64,000 nt of DNA from the human T2T-CHM13v2.0 reference genome, Homo sapiens. Positions 15,831 through 28,004 of this stretch are shown one piece after another (the stretch's first letter is position 1; every line of letters begins with the position of its first letter). The notes beneath the pieces were generated by a model. That model saw only the letters and a program-made list of their open reading frames with translations, searched no databases and was not told where the DNA came from. Location: NCBI RefSeq assembly GCF_009914755.1, contig NC_060940.1; one strand, written 5' to 3'. Position numbers and translations under genes: made by a program.

Positions 15831-16339
15831 TAATCTAAGGATAAGGAATGAGGTAGCAGAGAAAGAAAAGGCAGACATCAACGTGACATTAGTGTTTCAA
15901 GGCTATGAGAATACACCAATAATGGTGTGTGTGTGTGTGCAGACGGTAAGCTCAATCTTAAAAATATTGAGCTTTAACTGACAATTCATTATTAGGAAAG
16001 ATAAGAGGAAATGATATTTAGTGAGAGGCTATATGACTGAACTCTAAGAGAAAGGTCACAGCAGAAATTGTGTACTTGACAGCTCTATAAGGAGGTCAGT
16101 CAAAAATAAGTCAGTGATGAATTCTCTGGAGTAAAAGCAGAGGAATGAGGATTAGATTGAAAACACATGGAAGCAGAGTGACTTATGATAAAAATATGAG
16201 CTTGAAAATCCTGCAGAGAGGGCTTTAAATCCTGGGTATGATATTCTGCTTGTGTAGACAATAGTGATAAAAACACAACAACAAAGAGAGGTAAAGAGCA
16301 CTTTCCTTTGATATAAGTAAAGGGCACGTCTTATTGCAC

Positions 16340-16361
<22 letters not shown>
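16340..16361. repeat. (TA)n microsatellite
   Basis: About 10 perfect TA units followed by TGTA repeats. Confidence 0.9.
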
Positions 16362-16373
<12 letters not shown>

Positions 16374-16509
16374 ACATAGGTATTCAACTGAGATTCAACA
16401 TGTTTCTCTCATTGAAACAGCAAGCTCTCCAGGCCTTCATGTTCCCAGTGAGGTAGGTAAACTTCTGATGATTATACTCACCCTCCCTCATTGCAAAGCT
16501 CCCATTGTT

Positions 16510-16965
16510 ATTGTCTTGGCTCTGGATTCCCTCAAAAATAGACTATGAAACAAATATCTGGGGTCAGATACTTTAATCAGAAATTGAGTGAGAAAGCACA
16601 CAAGTGGAGAAAATGAAACAGAACATGAAGCCAGTGTGAATGAGTAGTTACTGCTGTGCTCAGTAATGATGGAGGTATGGAGATTGTCTCAAAATAACTT
16701 TACAAAGAGATGGGGATGCTGGAATCCCCATCTCTTATTGCTTAAGGATTGCCTTAGAATCATTAACTCTCCACCCCAACTCCTTCTTTTTTCCTATGTG
16801 TGGTTGAGAAGCACTGGTTAGCCTCAAGAAGCTTGCAGGCAGGCCCAAAAATCAGAAAGACAGGCATGATGTGGGGAGCTCTCAGTTAGCTGGAAACAGG
16901 TGAATTTCAGGTGAACACATTGAGTCCAGGACATAGAAGACAAGTCATCAGCAATATCTGCTATA
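16510..16965 (-). mobile_element. Old ERVL-class LTR remnant (LTR16/LTR33-like)
   Basis: CTGGATTCCCTCAAAAATAGACTATGAAACAAATATCTGGGGTCAGATACTTTAAT resembles the reverse-complemented end of these LTRs. Confidence 0.35.
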
Positions 16966-17004
16966 GCCAGTTTTCTTTTTCTTTTTAAGAACATATATAC
17001 TTTC

Positions 17005-17624
17005 TATTGGGGGTCCCCAAGTCCCCCTTTGTTTAATGATTCACATAACCCAAGAAAGCTGATTTTTTCTATGGTTATAGTTTCTAACAGTGAAAGAAAC
17101 CAGATTAAAATAATCAGAAGCATAAAAGCACATAAAGTTGAGTCCAGGACAAACCAGATGTGAGCTTACAGGTGTCCTTTCATAGTGGGGACTTCACACT
17201 GACTAATTTTCTTTACAATGGTGTGAGACAACATGTGTGAACTTGTTGCCAACTAGGGAAGCTCAGTCAGTCTTGAGTCCAGGGTTTTTATTAGGATTCC
17301 ACCACATATGCATCGAGCGTCCTGTGACTGAACTTAGCTACTTAGTTCCCAACCTCCCTATGCCCTAAGAGAGGTCATATTAATATGGCATTACACAAAG
17401 TCATAGGCATACAGAAACAGGTGCTCACAAGAAATCACGTTGTTAACATCAGCTATTTGATATGACCTATGTTTTCAGATATACAAAGACTCTCTTCAGG
17501 CAGCATATACCAAGGGCTCATAGGTTATCATCTCCCAGGAGCTTGTCAAGGGCCAGTCCTGAAGACCTTTGGAATGTGCAAGGTTTTCGAAAGCCATGTC
17601 TGCAGAATTAACCCTTCATTACAC
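17005..17624 (-). mobile_element. MER21-family LTR
   Basis: TATTGGGGGTCCCCAAG...GGTTATAGTTTCTAACAGTGAAAG...GAGTCCAGG...TTAACCCTTCATTACACA follows the MER21 layout. Confidence 0.7.
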
Positions 17625-17997
17625 AACCTCCAAGAATTTTTTTTAACTTTAAAAATGTTTTTTTGATCTTTGACAATGTACCAACCAATACTGAGTAATT
17701 AGTAACAACAGTGTACTCCTGAGTACTTTCACCTGCAAGGAGAAAAGGGACAGATGCTCTTACATAGGACAGATGCAAACAGACACCACTATGACAAGTA
17801 AAGCTGGAATAATCAATAAATTCCTAAAGACAAAGTGGGGCTGGTCAGATTGGAAGACCGCTGACAGCTGCAGAAGTTGGGAAATATCCATCATCTTGAA
17901 AACTTTTCCCCCACAAACCCACTGCGATCTTTCAAGCAATTGGTAAAGAATCCAAGAGAGCCTGTATATGATACAGATCAGGGGGAGCAGAACACTT

Positions 17998-18274
17998 GGG
18001 AGGTGACCAGGTATTGGGGGCCGGGCCCTTATGAATGGGATTAGTGCCTTTATAAAAGAAGCTCAGTGGAGTTCTTGTGTGCCTTCCACTATGTGAGGAC
18101 ATAGAAAGAAGGCACCATCTATGAACCTGAAATGGGCTCTCATCAACACTGAATTTGTGAGCATCTTGACCTGAGATCTTACAGCCTCAAGAAGTGTGAA
18201 AAAAGAAATATCTATTGTTTTTTAGTCACCCAGTTTATGTTATTTTGTTATAAGAGTCCACATAGACCAAGATA
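17998..18274 (+). mobile_element. MLT1A-like MaLR LTR fragment
   Basis: CCCTTATGAATGGGATTAGTGCCTTTATAAAAGA...CACCCAGTTTATGTTATTTTGTTATA...GACCAAGA. Confidence 0.75.
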
Positions 18275-18449
18275 TTCCACTTAATATGTAGGGGAAGGCA
18301 ACAAAAACTGCCACACTTAGAATACTCCTGATGCTGGGAGTATGAAAACAGGAAAAACAAAACAAAACTGCTCTTGAAGGTGAAGGAGGAATATCACTGA
18401 GCACACCAACACAGCCAGGAAAAGAACAGAAGTGTGAGAAGGCTACATT

Positions 18450-19140
18450 CCTGAGACCATGAGAAAAAGTACCTGCATAAGACTGAGATGAAATTCCCAA
18501 CCCTAGTTATAATTGAAATCCCAAAAAGAAAAGAGGAAAAAATAATGGAGCAAAAGAAATATATTTCAAAATAACTGCCAAAAATATTTTAAAAGAAGTG
18601 ACAGAAAATCATACTTCAGTTATAGGAAACTCAGAGAATGTCAAATAGAACAAAAAGAAATAAGAATTACATCTTGAAAAGTCTTTAAAAAATCAAGTCT
18701 AAATTTTATATCTTGCTCCAAATATATAGAGATATAAATAGCTTATCATCAAGATATGGAGAAAGCCATATCATGGAAACACTAAAATAAAGCTGCGGAA
18801 GGACTACATTGATATTAGACTCAACAGAGTTCAGAACAAGAAATAGTATCAGAGATGAGAGATAATAAATAATATAATAATCAATTCTCAAGATGTAAAC
18901 ATCCTACTAATTAGGGTATGCAGCTAACAACAGAACCTCCAAATACATGAGGTAAAACAGGAAAGAAATCAAAGGTGAACTACAAAAATCCAAAATTATA
19001 TTTGCAGACTTCAACACTTTTGTCTTAGTAATGGAAAGACTAGGCACAAACTCAGTAATCATGTGGAAGATAAGAACAACAATATCAGCAACAAGACATC
19101 CAATCTTCAATGGCAGATCCTCTTTCCTTTCAAGTGAAAA
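18450..19140 (+). mobile_element. Ancient L1 ORF1/ORF2 remnants
   Basis: A-rich; decayed IIEIPK..EE (ORF1-like) and YAANNRTSKYMR...DFNT (endonuclease-like) segments. Confidence 0.6.
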
Positions 19141-19191
19141 GAAAACAGTATGGCATTTTCTCTAACAAACCCAGAATTTCTAATATTTGCG

Positions 19192-19678
19192 TTCTTCCTT
19201 CCTTCTTTCCATCTTCCTTTCTCTTCTCTTCCCTTCTTCCTTCCTTTCTTCTTTTCTGCTTTCTTTTCCTTTCTTTTTTCTCCTTCCTTTCTTCTTTCCT
19301 TCCCCTTATTCTTCCTTCCCTCCTCCCTCCCTTTCTCCCTCCCTTCTTTTCTTCCTTCTTTTCTCCTATTCTTTCTCACTTTCTTTCCTTTTTTCTCCAT
19401 TCCTCCCTCCCTTTTTCCCTTCCTCCCTCCCTTCCTTTCCTTTTTCCTTCCTTCCTCCCTTCTATTTTGTTTGCCTTCCTCCCTTTTACCAGTCTCTCTT
19501 CATCTTTTCCTTCCTCTTTCCTTCTTTTCTCACTTTCTTTCTCTTTCTTTCTTGAGTTCTTGCTTTCTTTTTTCTCCTTTCCTGCCTTTCTCCCTTCCTC
19601 CCTCCCTCCCTTCTCTCATTTCTTCCTTTTCTTTCTTCTTTCCTTCCTTCCTTTTTCTTTCTTTTCTTTCTCTTTATT
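19192..19678. repeat. CT-rich polypyrimidine low-complexity tract
   Basis: About 490 bp of CCTT/CTTT/TCCC degenerate repeats. Confidence 0.95.
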
Positions 19679-19762
19679 ACAATTCATATTATTTTTAAAA
19701 AATTAAGAAAGAGAGGCAGAAAAATAAAGCACAATTTAATCTGCAGGTAAATAGATTATGTC

Positions 19763-19882
19763 TGCTGTAGACAAAGTAATGGCCTCCCAAAAATGTTCAT
19801 GTCCTAATTCCCGGAGTCTAACATACAAATATGTTAGGTTGCATGGCAGTGGGAAATTAGATTTCAAGTGAAATTAAGGTTC
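19763..19882 (+). mobile_element. MLT1D/E-like LTR 5' fragment truncated by the GC-rich array
   Basis: AATGGCCTCCCAAAAATGTTCATGTCCTAATTCCC...AATATGTTAGGTTGCATGGC; the element continues in copy B. Confidence 0.7.
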
Positions 19883-21775
19883 CAAAGGCAGTGGGGGCAA
19901 AAAGCCACGGTGGCAAAAAGGCGCAGTGGCAGGGGCAAAAACCACGGCAGCGGTTGGAGAAAGACGTGGCGGTGGGGGCAAAAAGCCTCGCTGAGGGGGT
20001 AAAAAGCTGCTGAGGCGGGGGCAAAAAGCAGCGGGAGGGGGGTAAAAAAACACAAAAAGCCTTGGCGGCTGGAGGAAAAAGCCACGTTGGCAGGGGGCAA
20101 AAAAGCTGCAGTGACAGGGGCGAAAAGCTGCAAAAAGCCAAGGTGGTGGGGGCAAAAACCTCGGCGGTGGAGGCAAAAAACTGCTGCGGTGGGGGCAAAA
20201 AGCCACGGAGGTGGTGGTTAAAAAAAAAGCTGTGGCAGCAAAAACCCGCGGCGGCGGGGGCAAAAACCCGTGCTGGCAGGGGAAAAAAACAGCAGTGGCA
20301 AAAAGCCACGGAAGCGGGGGCAAACAGCCCCTGCGGCGGGTGCAAAAAGCCGCAGCGGTGAGGGCAACAAGCCGTGGCTTCAGGGGCAAAAAGCTGCAGC
20401 GGTAAAAAGCCGTAGCGGCGGGGGCAAAAAGCCGCAAAAACAGCGGCGGCGGTAACAACCACCGCGACAGCAAAAAGCCTCAGCGGTGGGGGCGAAAAGC
20501 CACAAGAAGCAAGGGTAAAAAGCTGTGGCTTCGGGGGCAAAAAGCCACAGTGGCAAAAAACCGTAGCAGTGGGGCAAAAAGCTGCGGCAGTGGGTGCAAA
20601 AAGCAGCAGGAACAGGGGCAAAAAAATCACAAAAACCCGTGGAGACAGGGGGAAAAATCCACGGGGGCAAAAAGCCGCGGTGGCGGGGGGCAAAAAGCCG
20701 CAATAAGCAGTGGCGGCAGGGGCAAAAACCGTGGCGGCAAAAAGCCTCAGTGGCAGGAGCCAAAAGCCACGGTGGCGGGGGCAAAAAGCCACGGCTGCAA
20801 AAAGCCACAGTGGTGGGTCCAAAAAGCCGCGGCAGTGGGGATAAAAAGCTGTGACTGCAAAAAGCCACGGTGGAGGGCCCAAAAAGCCACGGCGATGGGG
20901 ATAAAAAGCCGCGGTGGGGGCAAAAAGCCACGGCGGCGGGGAGTAAAATGCTGCAAAAAGCCGAGGCGGCGAGGGCAAAAAGCTGTGGCTTCGGGGGCAA
21001 AAAACCATAGGTGCGGGGCAAAAAGCCGCAGCGGCGGCGGGGGCAGAAAAACTGCAAAATCCCACGGCGACGGGGGGAAAGTTGTGGGGCCAAAAAGCCG
21101 CAGCAGCAGGGGAAAAAAGCCGCAAAAAGCAGCAGCGGTGGGGGCAAAAACCGTGGTGGCAAAAAGCCTCAGCGGCAGGAGCAAAAAGCCATGGCGGAGG
21201 GGGCAAAAAGCCGTGGCGGCAAAAAACTGCGGCGGCAAAAACCTGTGGCGGCAGGGGCAAAAAGCCGTGGATTCGGAGGCAAAGAGCCACGGTGGCAAAA
21301 AGCCATAGTGGCGGGGGCAAAAAGCCGCGGCGGCGGGGGCAAAAAGCTACGGCGCCAAGGGCAAAAAGCAGTGGCTTCGGAGGCAAAGAGCCGCAGCGGC
21401 AAAAACCCGCAAAAAGCCACGGTGATGGGGTCAAAATGCCACCGCGGCAGGGGTAAGAATCCACGGCGGCGGGGGCAAAAAGCCGCGGCGGGAGAAACCC
21501 GCAGCGGCGGGGGCAAAAAGCCGCGGCAGCGGTGACGAAAAGCCATAGCGGCGGGGGCAGAAAGCCGCGAGGCGGGGGAAAATGCCGCAGCGGCGGGGGC
21601 AAAAAGGCGCGGCGGAGGGTGCAAAAAGCCCCGGTGGTGGGTCAAGGAGCCGCAAAAAGCCCCAGCGTGGGGGCAAAAAGCCGCGGCGGCAGTGGCAAAA
21701 AGCAGTGGAGGTAAAAAACACTCGGCAGTGGCGACAAAAAGCAGCGGCGGCAAAAAGCCACGGTGGCAGGGGCAC
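19883..21775 (+). repeat. GC-rich CAAAAAG-type pericentromeric tandem repeat, degenerate ~15-24 bp units GGGGGCAAAAAGCCGCGGCGGC
   Basis: Dozens of GCAAAAAGCC cores separated by GGCGGCGGGG spacers; CpG-rich. Confidence 0.9.
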
Positions 21776-21919
21776 AATAGTGGAAATGGGGTAGAAGGAC
21801 AACACAGCTTGGCATTCCTGGACTGTGATGTGGAAGGAAAAGTGCCGCAGAAGACATAGATGTAAGTAGGCTTGACTCAGTGCAGGTAAGAACTCAGATG
21901 TTATCTTGATGTTACCTAT

Positions 21920-22046
21920 CAGCTAATTTTTTGTATTTTTGTAGAGATGGGGTTTTACCACATTGGCCAGGATTCTCTGGATCTCCGGAGCTTATGATCC
22001 ACGCACCTCAGCCTCCCAAAGTGATGGGATTAGAGGCCTGAGCCAC
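21920..22046 (-). mobile_element. Alu left-arm fragment
   Basis: CAGCTAATTTTTTGTATTTTTGTAGAGATGGGG...CCTCCCAAAGTGATGGGATTAGAGGCCTGAGCCAC. Confidence 0.85.
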
Positions 22047-23084
22047 AAAGTGCTCAAAAAATCTATTAATTAAAAAATGTGTATGTAGCCGTCTTCAATC
22101 TACCATGTCCATTAGCAGATAAATACTACAAGCAAAATAACAACAATGAAATAAACATAGAGTAGATACTCTGATTTATTTAATAAAAATTTGAAAGTAG
22201 ACCAAATTATTCTATGATAAAAAAAATCTGTTACTATTGAGGATGAGGGTTAGTGTTTGGAAAGGGGCAGGAGAAGTATCACTATTTTTAGTAATGTTCT
22301 ATTTTCGTACATGGCTATAAGCAAATACATGTGTTTCATTAATCAAGCTATCCATATTTAATCATTGTACTTTTCTGCATGTATGATATATGTCAATAAA
22401 ATGTCTTAAATTATATACAGCAAAATTAGACAAAACCACAAGAAGACATACACAAATGTTAGACCCAGAGAGAAATTTGAATATAAGTAAGTCTCTGAAT
22501 GACTGCTAGAACAAACCAAAAAATAATCAGGATGGAGAGGTTTGGAACAGCGTGACTAGCAAAATTGACATATCTGTCTTTTAATATAGGCAGAAACATA
22601 GTTAGATAAAAAAAGGACTTGTCTCAGAGCATGATTTCTGAAAATAGTGGAATCGACTTTGAATCTAGTAAGTACATATAAATAAATGTCTTAAAACTCC
22701 TCTTATGTTAGCTAATTAAGAAATATTATTGTAATAGATATTAGAAAATATTTTAATAAATTGAGTGGATTTCACATGCTAAGGAAGTGATCTTACTTGC
22801 ATTTGATAGTTCAATTAGATACATATATACCTATAGGTAGTTTAAAATATTTCTAATAACCTTATATACTTTTAAAAAGCATTGATATCTGTTTGCACTA
22901 TCTGGTCTATAGAGTACACATACCAAACATGATTATAGCTCTTCTGCTATAAACTTCAAATATCTAATTAATACAAAAATCTAGAATGAGAAGAGTTCTT
23001 CGCATTTTTTTTTTACCAAATAGAATATAGGAAGGATAGCTGCAAATATACCTGACACAATTATCTGTGAGTATGGTGGTAGCC

Positions 23085-23382
23085 TTTTTATTTTATTTTA
23101 TTTTATTTTTGAGAGAGGGTCTCACTTTGTCACCCAAGATGGAGTGCAGTCATGTGATTAGAGCTCACTGAAGCCTTCACATACTGTGCTCAAGTGATTC
23201 TCCCACCTCAGCCTCCTGAGTAGCAGGGACTGCAAGTGCATGACACCATACTAGCTAATTTTTGTGAAGATGGGGTTTCACCATGTTGCCCTGGCTGATC
23301 TCCAACTCCTGGACTCAAGAGATCTGGCCACCTTGGCCTCCCAAACTGCTGGGATTATAGTTTTGAGGCACCGAGATCAGCC
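23085..23382 (-). mobile_element. AluJ
   Basis: (TTTTA)n tail, GGGTCTCACTTTGTCACCC, CTCAAGTGATTCTCCCACCTCAGCCTCC; heavily diverged. Confidence 0.85.
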
Positions 23383-25150
23383 CAGCCTTAAAAAAGACTG
23401 ACTAGAGATCTTTATCTATGTATATCTATATCTATCTATAAAATAAACATATGTGTTTATTATGTAAAAATATACATTATTAATATTATATAGAAATTTT
23501 TTTTCAAGGTAGAAATATATAAAGAGGGTGCATGTAGAGCCTGGGGCATTGTGTAGTGAAGCTCAAGGCCTCTGAAGAAATGCCCCTTGCCTCTTTTGTC
23601 TGGGCTAGGATCCAAGAAGGGAAAGCAGCAGATGCACTGGTTCCCAGGTTCTTGGCATAATACAGAGAGAAACATGTTTGAGCTAGGGTAGCGTTAAACA
23701 CCCTTGTTCTTACTCTCCTGTTTTATGTAGTGAGCAGAGACTAGCTTCATGAGAACAGAGTGTGACAGTCAAGGCTGTCTGATATTTTGTGCAGCATTCA
23801 TTGAGAAATTCTAGCACCTGAAGTCCTCTGGGCCATTTGAGGGTAGGTGCAGGGGAGGAAAGGGAAGTTTGCATCCCTCCTGCTGTGGAGAGAACCCGTG
23901 GGAAGCACAGACCTTGTCCTAACTGAAGGCAGACCCCCTTGCTAACCAGCTTCTCATCAGCCAACCCTGGATGAGTTTCCATGTCTATTTACTAAATAAT
24001 CCTTATTGCTTTTCTTCATACGGGCAAAGTATGGTTTACAGGGAATATTGTTCCTTTGAACACCCATTGTGCAAACCCCTTCCTGTTGTGGGAAAACAGG
24101 CTTCCATATGTGTCTTATTGGGAAACACATAGGAAATTTCTATGTTTTTACTGCATCTATTTCAGGGATATGGGAACTGAATAGTGCCCATCAAAGGCTC
24201 ACCTATGTTGGAAACTGATCTGAGAGCACGGAAGCAGAATTATTTCTTTGTTCCTGGGCAGCGGTGGTTGAGGGATCATTTTGTGGCAGCTACAGTGGCA
24301 ATGATGGAGGCAGAACGGAGGGCTCAGTACCAAGACGAGGAGAGATTTGGCCTCACAATGGCAGCATTGCAGGGGTGCGCTCTACAGAGCATCTGCTCAC
24401 ATGGTTTTGGGCATTGTCTCTAACTACATTGCTTCCCCAATAGGTTGACCCATTCTAAATAACTCCTTTTCTCTTTAAAACAGAAAACTTCATTTGCATG
24501 ACTTGCAATTGTAAATGACACCAATTGGCCAGTTATCATTCAAATTCTCTGTTACTTAATCCTGCCTTTTCCTAACGTATGCAACTTTCCTCTAAAAAAT
24601 TGGACACTTTGTTGCATACTCATTGTCTTTACACATTTTAAAATGTTGCTTTATGCCCCCAATCCCTAACTACATTTTCGATGTTTTGCAAGTGGAGTCC
24701 ATGTGTTCTTGATTTACATGAAACTCAAAATAATGGTTATAGTAACTAGTACTTCATAATTAAGCAAAAAGCTCTTATTGAAAAATGACAGAACTATACA
24801 TAGAGATGACAACATGGAGAGATATTTCCTGAGATCACAAAGTTATGGTATGGCAGAACTAGAACGTTGAGTAGAGACTCTGTGTTCCCAATCATTATTT
24901 CTACCACCAGCTTTCTATTTTGATGTTAATAATGTTCTTATGTGGGAAACCCTACATATTTGCCAATGTTTAGTTCATAAACAAAGAAATATAAAGAGCT
25001 TCAAGAACACTCTAATCTTTAAAAAATAAAATATCTATAATTGGCCATACGAAAAAATTGGTACTTGACATATACTGAGATCGTTTTATTTTGTGCTAGA
25101 CAAATGAAGTCATAGAACAGAATGTGCTTTAAATATTATAAATAGTGCTT

Positions 25151-25152
<2 letters not shown>

Positions 25153-25196
<44 letters not shown>
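25153..25196. repeat. (GT)22 microsatellite
   Basis: Perfect 44-bp GT run. Confidence 0.97.
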
Positions 25197-25198
<2 letters not shown>

Positions 25199-27339
25199 AT
25201 AGATGCATATTAGGTCCCTGTAAAGTTTTACTATTCTTTCCAGGAGAGAGACTGCCAACTTTTGAACCTAATTAGAACAAGTATATTGCTTCTTCATATT
25301 TTTATTAAGGCAAAGAGTGTCTAGTTAAAAATAATTCAACTTATCATGGAAATGTTATAAATTGCTGGGAAGTGAGTTGCTGGCTATGGCTTGTCAGAGC
25401 AAATATATTGTACAAATCTTAGGGGAGAATTAGTGCTTATGCATTCAAATCAAATCATCTTGCAGCACACTGAGAAAAAGGTTAGATTTTTAAAATAATT
25501 TCGAAGTCATGAAAAGAGCAAATATGCTCAACAAAGAGCCTAGCAACCCTCAATGACCAATTCCCCTTTTATATAGTTTGGTATCTGAATTAGAATCCCA
25601 GAATCTACAAATTCCTCTGGGTGTGGGTGCTGCATTTTGAGGATTTTATAACACTGCCATCATCAAGCTCTATTTTGATTTTCACTTTAAGGAGATAATT
25701 TACGGGCAACCAGAGAGCATAAACCAAAGTAGATATCTATCTAGATAGATAGATACATCTCCATATCACTGACAGGATACCTTCTGGCCGAGTGTGAGTA
25801 CAACCTATGGGTGTGGTTGGAGAGAACATGTGTTCCACCTGAATGGCAGATCAAGATTATTCCTTCTCATCTGCTGCAATGGCCCAATGTGTTAAGGAGA
25901 GGAGCGAGACAGCAAAAACTGCATTCATTCAGTCATACAGACCAAAAGGAGGAATGTCGCCCAGCCCTCTAAACTGACCCAGAACCCAGCTCATGTCTTA
26001 ACTGCTACCTCTACTACTTATAAAGAAGTAACTCCACCAAAGCAGGGTTCTGGACAAATATATTTTTATTGATCTTATACAAATAGATGAAGATGGACTT
26101 GGATGTTAAGAAAAATAATACTATAAAAAATCAAGAGTAGACAGTCCCTCCTAGACTTAAATTAAGAGTGTGTACATTAGATAATTTAATCCAATGTATC
26201 AGGTAAAAACTTGAACAAACCTTTTGGCCTCTTCCATAAAATTCAGGGAAGCCTGTCGTCCACAAAACAGAATCAAAATATAAATGAAAGACTGGCTTAA
26301 GATGAAAGGAAACCTTATAAATGAAAAGAAACCAGATGAGAGGCACTTAACTGAGAATGAAAAACAACTGAGTGGAAAAAAAATTATGGGAAGATGAATC
26401 TTCAAATCAGAAAGAGGGAAAAAAGCTCATTTGATACTATAGGAACTCAGAAGAGAGTGAATACAAATGTGAAAATTCCAAGAGTACAGAAAAGTAGCAT
26501 AACTAAATTAAGAGCATGAGAAAATGTACACAATTCTGCGTAATAAGAACAGAAATCAAAAGTTAGTATTTTATGTTATATTTTAGTAGAGCAACACTGA
26601 AGACGAATGAAAACAAGAAATAATATTAAATATGAACATAAGGAGAACAGAATAATATTTTTAAAATTTTTACTTTCTAAGTGTACCTGAAATTTTAATT
26701 TTGGTTTCTTATGTAATACTAGAGTTATTAGGAAGGTATTTGCTAATAACACTATTTTCAGTGATATTTTAAGTATTTGTCCTAGAAAAATTTCTATTTT
26801 TAAAAAATGTATATTTAAAAATACATTAAGTGTGTATATACATCAATCATATGTATCGATTTCTGTTTTTTTTTTTTTTTGAATTGCAAATGAAATTTGT
26901 ATTTTTGTGCTCCTGGAATAAAATAAACTTGAATGGATCGTAATATATTATTCATGCTGTAATTCAATGTATTTGAATTATTTAAGAATGTTACATTTAT
27001 AGTTAACAGATATTGACCTATAAATTTTCTTTCCTATAATGATGCTGTGAGACAATCTAAGAAGAATTAAAATTTAAATTCATGTATTCCTACTTTTTCC
27101 TCTGTTCTCTAACTGTAATATATTTTAATTACAGATGGAGGAACAGATAGATGTTAGATAAATAGGTATATAATAGACAGATCATCCAAAATTCTTATTC
27201 TTATGGTTTTATGTAGTCAGTATTTACCTCTATTTTTCTACATGTTTATCCTTCCACTATAGTTCATTACTTCCTGCACATTTGATGTCATATGGCCGGG
27301 AATTAGAGAGAGCCACAGGACTTGTGAATAAAATCCACA

Positions 27340-28004
27340 GGCAAGGATGTGGCGATTCGTTTTGCAGTATTGGAGGGAATGCCAAATGCTATGTTTGCTG
27401 TGGAAAAGAGTATGGTAGTCCCTCAAAACATCAAAATGGTATTGCCATATGATTCAGCAGCGCCACATCTCAGGATAGCAAAAGAATTGAAAGCAGAGTC
27501 TTGAAAAAATATTTGCACATCATGTTTGCAGCAGCGTTATTGGCAATAGCTAAAACGTAGAAGCAATTGAAGTGTCCAACAACAGACGAATGGATAAGCA
27601 CTATATCATATATGCATACAATTGAATATTATTCTGCCTTAAACATGAGGGAAATATTCTGACATATGTTGCAACTTGGATGAAACTTGATGATATTATG
27701 CCAAGTGAAATAAGTTAGTCACTGAAGGACAAATACAGTATAATTCCGTTTGTATTAAAGTGGACAGAATCATAGAGATGGTACAATGATGGTTGCCAGA
27801 AGTTGAGGGGAGGAAGAAATGGGGAAGTATTGTTTAATGGGTACAGAGTTTCAGTTTTACAAGATGAAACGAATTATGGAGATGGATGGTAGGGATGGCT
27901 GCACAATGTTATGACTATATTTAGTACCACTGAACTGTACATTTAAAATGGTTAACAGAGTACATTTTATGTTATGTGTATTTTACCACAATAAAAAAAA
28001 AAAA
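27340..28004 (+). mobile_element. L1MB-like 3' end (ORF2 C-terminus plus 3' UTR and poly-A)
   Basis: CCATATGATTCAGCA...GAATGGATAAGC...TGAACTGTACATTTAAAATGGTTAA...TTTTACCACAATAAAAAAAA. Confidence 0.8.

Larger units (their letters stand above)
17730..19882 (+). repeat. Direct duplication, copy A (pairs with 28433-30712)
   Basis: Colinear, highly similar sequence from CACCTGCAAGGAGAAA to GTGAAATTAAGGTTC in both places. Confidence 0.95.

Noticed and set aside
19107-19706. Phe/Leu/Ser-rich membrane-like ORFs, also at 29731-30536
   Set aside because: Artefacts of the CT-rich tracts.
19857-21602. 581-aa Pro/Ala/Phe/Cys-rich ORF and overlapping ORFs in other frames
   Set aside because: Low-complexity translation of the GC-rich array, open in many frames on both strands.
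23670-24190. Possible old LTR remnant
   Set aside because: The composition is suggestive, but I could not match termini or a family with confidence.
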